IMG/VR virus record: IMGVR_UViG_3300028805_000051
Location: 1 to 43,393 of that record
Length of the DNA: 43,393 nt
DNA from: a virus
Taxonomy: Duplodnaviria > Heunggongvirae > Uroviricota > Caudoviricetes
Direction: 5' to 3' (one strand)
The position numbers were made by a program, and so were the translations under genes. The notes under the pieces are model-generated. The model saw only the letters and a program-made list of their open reading frames with translations. It did not search any database and was not told where the DNA came from. Below are positions 18,199 through 26,732 of the stretch, in pieces. Position 1 is the stretch's first letter. Each line of letters opens with the position of its first letter.

Positions 18199-19251
18199 AT
18201 GATATTTACTAAAGAACTTCTATCTCAAATAAAAATTACTCCTATTATTGAGACTTTAAGATTAGAAGATATTAGTGATAAAGAATATTTTGGGGAAAAG
18301 TTCTCTGGTTATATTAGTAACTCGAGAATGAGCCTTATAAATCCAGTTCAAGGAGGAAATCCTCAAATGTATTTTGAGGGATTATCCAAGAACAATAAAT
18401 TTAGTAGTAGTTTAGCATTTGGTTCCGCTGTGCATGAATTGTCATTACAACCAGAATCATTTTATCTTTGTGAAGATGTATTTGCTCCTACTGCTAAAGT
18501 TGGTTTAATGGCAGATTTACTTTGGTGTAATTCTAAGAAAGGTGAGTTACCTTCTGATGATTTACTTAGACAAGCAGCAATAACAGTTGATTACTATAAA
18601 GGTATTCCAACAGCTGCTCAAATGTCTAAAGTGAAAGATGCAATTAGACCTTACTTTAAAGCTCGTTATAAATTCGAACAGAATTCCACTGATGAGAGAA
18701 CTCCTATTTTCTTAGATGAAAAGTCTAAAGATAGACTTCTTGAAGTAATGAATTCGTTGAATAATAATGAAGCTATTCAAAAATTGTTGCATCCAACTGA
18801 TTTGCTGGGTGATGCTTTGCCTAGCAATAATGAAAAAACGATCCTTTTAAATATTCTAGTTAAAGTTCCTGATCATAATGAACCTGTAGAACTTAGATTG
18901 AAAGCTAAATTAGATAATTATACCATTGATAAAATGAGTAATATCATTACTGTTAATGATGTAAAAACTACTGGTAAATTATGTTCAGAATTTGACAATG
19001 CTGTAAAGAGTTTTCATTATTATAGAGAAATTGCTTTTTATTCCTGGTTACTTTCATTATGTGCAAAGCAATTCTTTGAAATGGAAAATCCAACTATTAA
19101 AGGCAATTTCTTAGTTGTTGAAACAATTCCATCTTATTGGAGTTCAGTTGTTGAAATGAAACCAAATTGGTTTACGGTTGGAGTTAAAGAGTTTTTAACT
19201 CTTATAAAAATGATTGCTTATTATACAGTAAATGGATACGAAGAGACTTGA
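18199..19251 (+). CDS. PD-(D/E)XK exonuclease (RecE/exonuclease VIII-like)
   Basis: ISNSRM, FGSAVH, LKAKLD, VNDVKTT, YYREIAFY. Confidence 0.85.
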   Translation: MIFTKELLSQIKITPIIETLRLEDISDKEYFGEKFSGYISNSRMSLINPVQGGNPQMYFEGLSKNNKFSSSLAFGSAVHELSLQPESFYLCEDVFAPTAKVGLMADLLWCNSKKGELPSDDLLRQAAITVDYYKGIPTAAQMSKVKDAIRPYFKARYKFEQNSTDERTPIFLDEKSKDRLLEVMNSLNNNEAIQKLLHPTDLLGDALPSNNEKTILLNILVKVPDHNEPVELRLKAKLDNYTIDKMSNIITVNDVKTTGKLCSEFDNAVKSFHYYREIAFYSWLLSLCAKQFFEMENPTIKGNFLVVETIPSYWSSVVEMKPNWFTVGVKEFLTLIKMIAYYTVNGYEET

Positions 19252-19570
19252 AGAAGTAAAACACATTCTTGATTGTGAACTCAATATTGGAGTTCCAGGT
19301 GATGCTGATTTAGGTAGTAAAATGGGCTTAATAACTATGATATGTTATGTTACACATGCCCTTAGAAATAAAAAACCTGGGTTAACACATTACCAGGTCC
19401 TTAAATCTATTTTTAAGGATACATTAGTTGAAGATGAAACCTTACAGGCACTGGACTTAATATGTGAATGGTGGTCATGGGGGTGTCTTACTATCCCAAA
19501 TTTAGGCATTAAGCCTGCAGATATGCCCAATTTAATAAAGAAAGGTGTACAAGATTTGTGTCCTTTTTAA
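19232..19570 (+). CDS. Hypothetical protein
   Basis: ORF 112 aa. Confidence 0.75.
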   Translation: MDTKRLEEVKHILDCELNIGVPGDADLGSKMGLITMICYVTHALRNKKPGLTHYQVLKSIFKDTLVEDETLQALDLICEWWSWGCLTIPNLGIKPADMPNLIKKGVQDLCPF

Positions 19571-19591
19571 ATAAAAAAATTTCATTTTTTA

Positions 19592-19626
19592 TTTGGAAAA
19601 AATTATTAAGTTGGGTATTATTATAA
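19592..19626 (+). promoter_or_regulatory. Candidate Bacteroidota-type promoter
   Basis: TTTG 19592-95 followed 20 nt later by TATTATTA/TATAAT in an intergenic gap. Confidence 0.4.
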
Positions 19627-19739
19627 TACGATGATTAAGGAAAATGATTTAATCACCAATAGATACAAAATAAAGAAAATGACAAATCCAAAGTGGATTT
19701 GTGTATGAAATAATGTTTAATGTTTAAAAATTTTTTATT

Positions 19740-20294
19740 ATGGAAAACAAAATCATGTCTTTTAAGAAATGTGAAATCGTAGGTGTAAGTAAAGAGGCTG
19801 CTATCAATGAAGCTAATCTTGGATTTTCAATTGCTGGTGATGCTACTCAGGCATACAAGAATTGGATGAAAGCTCGTAGTGGTGCTGTCACGGAGAAAGA
19901 TGTCAAACAGTTTATGATTGACTATCTCCAGAAGAAAGTTAAATGTGCTGCTGGTGTTGGTTACATTATCACTATCGAAAGTGCTGTTGCTGATACTCGT
20001 GAACGTCCTTGGACTATCACTGATGTAAAGAACGAGCAAGGTAAACGTAAATTCAAGAAAGTTTATCGCCTCATTGACGATGCTACCGGAGAGGTACTTG
20101 GCACAAACGACGAGACAAAAGCCGCTGCTAAACAGTTAGCAAAAGAGATTATCCTTAATGGATTCCATGGCAAAATGACTTGCTACATTGGTAAGGACGT
20201 TAAGGAAGGTGAGCCTATCGCATTTAAGGCTGAGTATACTCCTTCAAAAGCTGCTAAATCTGGTCGTTGGTTAGTATTCGGTAACGAGAATTAA
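19740..20294 (+). CDS. Hypothetical protein, probably highly expressed
   Basis: Stand-alone unit with upstream leader and own terminator; enriched in CGT/GCT/ATC/AAC codons. Confidence 0.85.
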   Translation: MENKIMSFKKCEIVGVSKEAAINEANLGFSIAGDATQAYKNWMKARSGAVTEKDVKQFMIDYLQKKVKCAAGVGYIITIESAVADTRERPWTITDVKNEQGKRKFKKVYRLIDDATGEVLGTNDETKAAAKQLAKEIILNGFHGKMTCYIGKDVKEGEPIAFKAEYTPSKAAKSGRWLVFGNEN

Positions 20295-20340
20295 TTCTCT
20301 TTACTAATATAAGCACCGAACAATATAAAACATGTTTTGA

Positions 20341-20378
20341 ATAAGGGAGTTTTCGCAAGAAAGCTCCCTTATTTTTTT
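20341..20378 (+). terminator. Rho-independent terminator
   Basis: ATAAGGGAGTTTTC-GCAA-GAAAGCTCCCTTAT followed by a T run. Confidence 0.9.
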
Positions 20379-20467
20379 AAGATTTCTGTTTAGGCCCAGT
20401 TTAATGTAAAAATTAGACTGGGTTTTCTATTTTAACGGCGTAATTGCTATCTAATTTTAAATAAGTA

Positions 20468-22030
20468 ATGAAAGAAAAAACTTTAAAGGAATTTGCAACA
20501 TTATTAGAGAAGATTGATGAATCTGGAATGTCCATTTCAGCTTATTGTGATACTTTTAAATTAAATAAGCAGTCTATTTATTCTAAATGGAATGAATTTG
20601 AAAAAACTTCTGATGAAGATACTCCTTATTATAATAAAATTATGAATCATTATTATAATATTAAAGAAAATGGAAAAAGGATAAATTCTCCAGATTTAAA
20701 ATGTACTGCCAAAGAAAAAGTAGACTCTGATAATTATACGGAAATTTCTTATGAAAGAGACGATAATGATCGTATTCTTTACTATAACTATAAAATTTAT
20801 CGTAAGAATAAAGCTCCTCTTGTTGGCAAATTTAGTAGGGATGAAATGAATATTGTTTATAGACTGTATTCATATTATGGTGCTTCACTCACTCAAAGAG
20901 AAGTAAGTCGTTATTTCCCTGAATTATCTCTTGTAGACTTTAAGCGTATTTTGTCTGCAATGAATATTTATAAAGCAAGTGCTCCATTTGCTCCTCATAT
21001 TATTGAAGAGAAAACAACGGATGAACTTCGTGAAATGCAGATTAGAGAAAAGGAAAATGATTTTCTTAAGAAAATAGAAGAGGATAGAATTAAGAATAAT
21101 GAAAGACTTTTAAAGAAATATGCTGCTGAAAATGAAGACTTAAAGTCTCAGTTGAATAATCTTAAAGGTATTCAATTTAAATTAGTTGATTGTCCTAAAA
21201 TAATAAGAACCTCTGCAATAGGTAAACCAAATTATGAGTATCTTAACTTGTATATTGCTGATATGCATATTGGTGCCACAGTTACTTCTGGAACTTTATA
21301 TTCTGAAAATGTTGATTATGGGATTGACGAAGCTGCTAGAAGACTCAATGAAATCCTTAATAAATTGTCTGAGTTAGGTACTTATAAGAAGATTAATATC
21401 TGTTTAATGGGAGATATGGTAGATTCTTGTGGCCCAACTAATAAGACTGCTAGATTAGATCATTCTCTTCCAGAAAACATGGATGGATTTGAACAAGCAA
21501 ATGCTTATATTACTTTAATTAAGAATTTTGTAGAAGGATTAGCTCAATCTGGAATATGTAACGAAATTTGTATGTATTCTGTAAGATGTGGTAATCATTC
21601 TGGCCCAATTGAGTATGTTGCAACTAGAGCATTATTTGCAGAACTTAAACTTAGTGGTATAAAATCTACATTAAGTAATGGTTTCTTCTGTACATTTACT
21701 GAAGGAGAGCACACATATTGTTTAACTCATGGAAAAGACCAATCTTACATGAAAAAAGGTATGCCTTTAGTTCTTGATGATAAGAATAAGGTAATGCTTT
21801 ACGAATGGTTGGATGATAATGAAATTACTGGAGATAATGTTCATATTATTAAAGGTGATTTACATTCTAATAATTATTCTTCATGCAAGAAGCTTGATTA
21901 TCGTAATGTATTGAGTTTATTTGGAAGTTCAGATTATTCTGCATTTAATTTCAGTAGAAATTCTTATGGAGTTTCTTATGATTTGTGTATTGGAGATAAT
22001 ATTGTACGAGGTGAATTTCAAAATATGTAA
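20468..22030 (+). CDS. Calcineurin-like metallophosphoesterase/nuclease with N-terminal HTH and coiled coil
   Basis: ADMHIG, GDMVD, GNH, THG, GDLH motifs. Confidence 0.85.
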   Translation: MKEKTLKEFATLLEKIDESGMSISAYCDTFKLNKQSIYSKWNEFEKTSDEDTPYYNKIMNHYYNIKENGKRINSPDLKCTAKEKVDSDNYTEISYERDDNDRILYYNYKIYRKNKAPLVGKFSRDEMNIVYRLYSYYGASLTQREVSRYFPELSLVDFKRILSAMNIYKASAPFAPHIIEEKTTDELREMQIREKENDFLKKIEEDRIKNNERLLKKYAAENEDLKSQLNNLKGIQFKLVDCPKIIRTSAIGKPNYEYLNLYIADMHIGATVTSGTLYSENVDYGIDEAARRLNEILNKLSELGTYKKINICLMGDMVDSCGPTNKTARLDHSLPENMDGFEQANAYITLIKNFVEGLAQSGICNEICMYSVRCGNHSGPIEYVATRALFAELKLSGIKSTLSNGFFCTFTEGEHTYCLTHGKDQSYMKKGMPLVLDDKNKVMLYEWLDDNEITGDNVHIIKGDLHSNNYSSCKKLDYRNVLSLFGSSDYSAFNFSRNSYGVSYDLCIGDNIVRGEFQNM

Positions 22031-22031
22031 T

Positions 22032-22817
22032 ATGGCTAAACATAAATTTACTCTTGAAGAAGTTCTAGCTGGAAAAGCCACTAGAATTAAAGGAAAAGAT
22101 TTCTTTAAGACATCAGATTATCTTGAGCCATTTATAGATAGAATGAGCAAATATACTGACAATTTTACTGTTGAAGTAAAAATGCCAGATCAAATTACTC
22201 TTACTGAAAATGGAGAAATTTTATCAGATGATTTAACTTTTAATAGAGTGCACATTGAAGCTGTTCTTCCTAATGAATATGCATTTGAAGGACATACTCA
22301 AGTTATTGGAATGGTATATGGTTTAGATGTATTAAAACCAGTTGCTAAACTTTATAGTGGTGCAGAAAGAAGTGCTTGTACTAATCTTTGTGTATTTAGT
22401 CCAAATGGTTTAGCAATTCAGGAAATACAACCTGAATCTGCATTAGATTATGCTCCTATCGAAAGATTAATGAATAGGACTGAAACTATTGGAAAGACTT
22501 TAAGAATGCTCAGCGAAACTAATTTTGAAGCATCTGACATTAATATTAATGAAAGTCTTGGTCGATGGATTCGCAATGCTATGGGTATGAATTATTCTAA
22601 TGGATATGGTAAAGTAAAAATTGCCACTTCTATGGTACTTGATGCTTATAAAGATCTATTTGAAGATGAAGATTCTCCATATTATACTGGTGATGAAGAT
22701 TGTACTATGTATAATGTTTATAATGCTTTTACTCAACAAGTAACAAATAATATGTCAAAAGACTGTTTTACTAGATATGAAAAGACTTTGTTAGTTGGAC
22801 GTATACTTGGGATTTAA
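22032..22817 (+). CDS. DUF932-like protein
   Basis: ATG 22032 after the previous stop; RSACTNL and MYNVYNAFT motifs. Confidence 0.65.
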   Translation: MAKHKFTLEEVLAGKATRIKGKDFFKTSDYLEPFIDRMSKYTDNFTVEVKMPDQITLTENGEILSDDLTFNRVHIEAVLPNEYAFEGHTQVIGMVYGLDVLKPVAKLYSGAERSACTNLCVFSPNGLAIQEIQPESALDYAPIERLMNRTETIGKTLRMLSETNFEASDININESLGRWIRNAMGMNYSNGYGKVKIATSMVLDAYKDLFEDEDSPYYTGDEDCTMYNVYNAFTQQVTNNMSKDCFTRYEKTLLVGRILGI

Positions 22818-22921
22818 ATTATACTAAAGAACTGTTTTATTATATTATTTTAATTTTAATTTAAATAATGTTATATTAATATAATGTTCTTTAATTAAAT
22901 ATTAATTAAAATTAATGATTT

Positions 22922-25595
22922 ATGAATATAACTAAAAGAGATGGTTCTTTAGAAGAATTTGATTTAACAAAAATTGAAAATGCAGTAAAAAAAGCATTTA
23001 ATGCTTGTTCTGAACCAATTAATGAAGAAACTTTAAAAGAATTAGTAAATTCTGTTGAAATTTGGGAAGAAATTTCAGTTGAAGAAATTCAAGATCAACT
23101 TGAAGAATTAATAGAAGATTTTGGTTACCATAATGTAGCTAAAGCTTTTATGATTTATAGAAGCAATCAATCTGAAATTCGATTTGAGGAAGAAAGATTG
23201 GCATATATGGAAGAATATTCTCGATCGCATGAGAATGCAGCTACATCTTCTGAAACTGATGCTAATGCTAATGTTACTATGAAAAATGTTGCAAATCTAG
23301 AAGGAGAAGTTTATAAAACAAAAAATAGAAAATTGCAACGTCGTAGAATGAAGAAGCAGTTAATGGAAATGTTTCCAGAAGTTGCAGATCAATATGAAGA
23401 AGACTTAAATCATCATATTATCTACACTCATGATGAAGCTTCTGTACCTACTGTTAAACAATATTGTATGGCAGTAAGTTTATTTCCATTAATGTTAAAC
23501 GGAGTTGGAAATATAGATGGAGTTACTCCCGGACCTCCAAATGATTTATCTTCATTTAGTGGACAAATTACTAATTTAACATTCTTACTTTCCTCTCAAT
23601 GTAAAGGAGCTGTTGCGTTTGGTGAATATTTTATTGTATTAAACTATTATATTATTCAAGAATTTGGTGAAGATTGGTATAATCATTTAGACGAATTAAC
23701 AACTACAAACATTTGTAAACAATCTAAAACCATTAAAGATAATATATATAAAGCTTTTAAACAATTCATTTGGGGAATTAATCAACCTGCAGGAAATAGA
23801 AGTTATCAAAGCCCATTTACAAATATATCCTATTACGATAGAACATATTTTAATTCACTATTTGAAAACTTTTATTATCCAGATGGAACTCAGCCAGAAT
23901 GGAAAGCAATTGATACACTTCAGAGATTATTTATGAAGTGGTTCAACAAATTAAGAACAAAACAAATTCTTACTTTTCCAGTTGAAACAATGGCAATGGT
24001 TTATGATCCAAAAACTAATGATATAATTGATAAAGATTATAAAGATTTTACTGCTGAAATGTATGCAGAAGGTCATAGTTTCTTTACATATATATCAGAT
24101 AGTGCTGATAGTCTTGCTTCATGTTGTAGACTTAAAAACGAATTAACAGAAAATACTTTTAATCCAACTTCTGGACTTACTGGAGTAATGACAGGATCTT
24201 GTAATGTTATTACTCTTAATATAAATAGGATTGTACAAGATTGGTATAATTTAGATGAGGCTAATTTTAATGTACAATATGATATTCAAGGGCCAATACA
24301 TGATCCTAATGATCGTATTAATTCTATGTGGATAGGAGATAAACAAACGGCTTACTGTTCATTAAAAGGTTATCTAATTAAGATACTAAAAAGAGTTTAT
24401 AAATACCACATTGCTTATAAAACAATGCTTTATAATCAAGAAGATTTAGGTATGTTTGCAGCAAGTAACGGCGGTTATATTTATATTAGTAAACTATACA
24501 GTACTATAGGAATTAATGGTTTAAATGAAGCCGCCCGTTTTCTTGGATTTAAAGTAAGTAATAATCCTGAATATATTGAATTTCTTCAATTAATTCTTAG
24601 CACTATTAAAGAACAAAATAAACTTCACTCTATTAATGACAAAAAGAGACCATTTTTATTTAATAGTGAAGTTGTGCCAGCTGAAGGATTAGGAGGAAAG
24701 AATTATAATTGGGATAAAAAAGATGGGTAGACTCAATGCCCATGTAAAACCTCTACTGATTGACTTGGAAGTCCGGTGTGGCGACAGGGCGCAAGCAGAA
24801 ACATTTGTGTGTTTCGTGCAGCGTGAACGACTGAGTGTAGAGGACTTATAAGGATAATATGCGAATATTGCTACTTATAGGTATGCGACAGTCTGAACTA
24901 TACAAAGTATAGAGAGAATTCGAAGAAATTCTCCGTTTATCCAACGGGACAATTTTTAATTTTGATTCCCGGGACAATATGGTTATATTAGTACCAGATA
25001 GACAAAGATTTTACAATAGGAAAACATAGAAGTAAGAGTAAAGAGAATTTAATGAAAAAAATTGAAAAATGCGTTTGTGTTTGTGCTAATTGTCATAGAA
25101 AAATTCACGCTGGTATTATTAATTTAGAAGATTATTTGGATAAATCATCTCCTCAAGGCCCAGAGGAGAGTGTAACAGAATGATTGGGTTCCTGATGATG
25201 AAAATCTTTATAATTCTTATTTTTATAATGCTCATGATAATACATCTGTACTTGATAAATTCATTCTCCATGGAAAACAAACTTATCAATATACCGATGG
25301 TGGTTCAGCCCTTCACTGCAATTTAGATTCACATTTAAGTAAAGAGCAATATTTAAAATTAATTGATTTTGCAATTAAAGAAGGAACATCTTATTTTACA
25401 TTTAATGTTCCAAATAGTAAATGTGATGATTGTGGACATATTGTAAAAATTCCAATTACAGAATGTCCAAAATGTGGTAGTAAACATATTACTCAATATA
25501 CTAGAGTAATTGGATATTTACGTCCTATTAAAAACTTTGGTAACGATAGACAAATTGAAGCTAAGAAACGAATTTATTCACATGATATCAACTAA
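22922..25595 (+). CDS. nrdD: Anaerobic (class III) ribonucleotide reductase, split by a group I intron; exons 22922-24728 + 25183-25595 (739 aa)
   Basis: ATP cone (ITKRDG), ASCCRL loop, spliced junction KKDG-Y-WVPD; exon 2 has CxxC..CxxC and the glycyl-radical motif TRVIGYLRP. Confidence 0.95.
24729..25182 (+). ncRNA. Group I intron 1 (nrdD), 454 nt
   Basis: P1 ATGGGT|/GCCCAT (U.G), P10 ACTCAAT/ATTGGGT, P3 CCTCTAC/GTAGAGG, P7 GACTG/CAGTC, terminal G 25182. Confidence 0.93.
25001..25183 (+). pseudogene. C-terminal remnant of an HNH homing endonuclease in intron 1
   Basis: DKDFTIGKHR...IEKCVCVCANCHRKIH...*; N-terminal half missing, promoter-like motif at 24961-24991 retained. Confidence 0.75.
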
Positions 25596-25782
25596 ACTTA
25601 ATCCAAAAGAAGGTTGGATGATAAATCCAGATGCTAATGTTGTCAGAGGAATTCTTAATGGGTTAGAAAGAACAGGAGGTGAATGTCCTTGTGTAAATGA
25701 TTCTGAAGAATTAATTTGTCCATGTAGCAATTATAGAAATAAAGATAAATGTTGTTGTAATTTATATGTTAAAATATGTTGA
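25582..25782 (+). CDS. Ferredoxin-thioredoxin reductase catalytic-subunit-like protein (66 aa)
   Basis: CPC...CPC...CCC(NLY) motif matching the FTR-beta CPC/CPC/CxC pattern; ATG 25582. Confidence 0.8.
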   Translation: MISTKLNPKEGWMINPDANVVRGILNGLERTGGECPCVNDSEELICPCSNYRNKDKCCCNLYVKIC

Positions 25783-26236
25783 TGTTATGGAAACCTTTTC
25801 GGAGGTTCCAGATGAAATTACTTTGGCAATAAATTTAAGTAATTGTCCACATAAGTGCCGGAATTGTCATTCGTCATATCTACAAAAAGATATTGGTAAC
25901 GAATTAACAATTTCGGCACTTTCTATATTAATAGAAGAGCATAAAGGTATTTCTTGTGTAGCATTTCTTGGAGGAGATAATGATTGTAAATCTTTATTAG
26001 AATTAGTAAGGTTTATAAAAACTCATTATAATTTAAAAGTTTGCTGGTATACAGGGTTTGATGAAGTACCTTTTAACTTATTTCCATTTAATTGTTTATT
26101 TTTATGGTTAGATTACATTAAAATTGGTAGCTATAAAGAAGAATTTGGTCCATTAAATAATCCAAATACTAATCAAAGATTTTGGAAACGTGTAAATGAT
26201 ATTTGGACAGATATTACTTATAAATTTCAAAAATAA
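25766..26236 (+). CDS. nrdG: Anaerobic RNR activase (radical SAM)
   Basis: CPHKCRNC, FLGGD, WYTG, KIGSY, TNQR; downstream of nrdD. Confidence 0.93.
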   Translation: MLKYVDVMETFSEVPDEITLAINLSNCPHKCRNCHSSYLQKDIGNELTISALSILIEEHKGISCVAFLGGDNDCKSLLELVRFIKTHYNLKVCWYTGFDEVPFNLFPFNCLFLWLDYIKIGSYKEEFGPLNNPNTNQRFWKRVNDIWTDITYKFQK

Positions 26237-26238
26237 TT

Positions 26239-26451
26239 ATGACTAAATTATCTTTACAAATAGGTGATGAAATTGTTTCTTGGGAAGTTCCTAGTGAAGA
26301 GTGCTGTACTGATGAAATTATTCAAGGATTATGGCAAATAATGCTTGGAGCCAGATTTTATCAAGAAAGTATAGCTAGAGGAATGAAAAAAGTTCTTGAT
26401 GATGAATTTGACATCGAAAATGCTCAATATACTATAGTAAAAAATGAATAA
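26239..26451 (+). CDS. Hypothetical protein
   Basis: ORF 70 aa. Confidence 0.7.
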   Translation: MTKLSLQIGDEIVSWEVPSEECCTDEIIQGLWQIMLGARFYQESIARGMKKVLDDEFDIENAQYTIVKNE

Positions 26452-26731
26452 GACTTTAATTAAAGGTCCAAGAGGAGGCACTTATTGGATTGATGATAAT
26501 GGTAAAAAACATTATGTAAAAGGAAAACAAGCTATAGTGAAGAAAGAAGATAAACCTAAAATGAGAACATATATTTGCTATTACAATGTTCTTAACAAAG
26601 ATGGCGATTATATTGATGATTTCAAAGAGTGGTGTAAAGAAACATCTAAACATGATGCAGAGATTGAATTCAGAAATAGATATGCTAAACAACTTGCTGA
26701 AGGAACAATGGAAATAGTACAAATTGTTTAA
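26444..26731 (+). CDS. Protein with an N-terminal PBCV-type basic adaptor-like motif
   Basis: KGPRGGTYWIDDNGKKHYV. Confidence 0.65.
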   Translation: MNKTLIKGPRGGTYWIDDNGKKHYVKGKQAIVKKEDKPKMRTYICYYNVLNKDGDYIDDFKEWCKETSKHDAEIEFRNRYAKQLAEGTMEIVQIV

Positions 26732-26732
26732 T

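Noticed and set aside
22818-22921. Very AT-rich gap with imperfect inverted repeats as a replication origin
   Set aside because: No iterons or other support; adequately explained as the nrdD promoter region
24728-24730. TAG ending the nrdD ORF as evidence of recoding
   Set aside because: The TAG spans the 5' splice site of intron 1, and read-through hits TGA within 11 codons
25510-25581. TTG-started extension of the FTR-like ORF
   Set aside because: It overlaps nrdD exon 2 in another frame; ATG 25582 is the more plausible start
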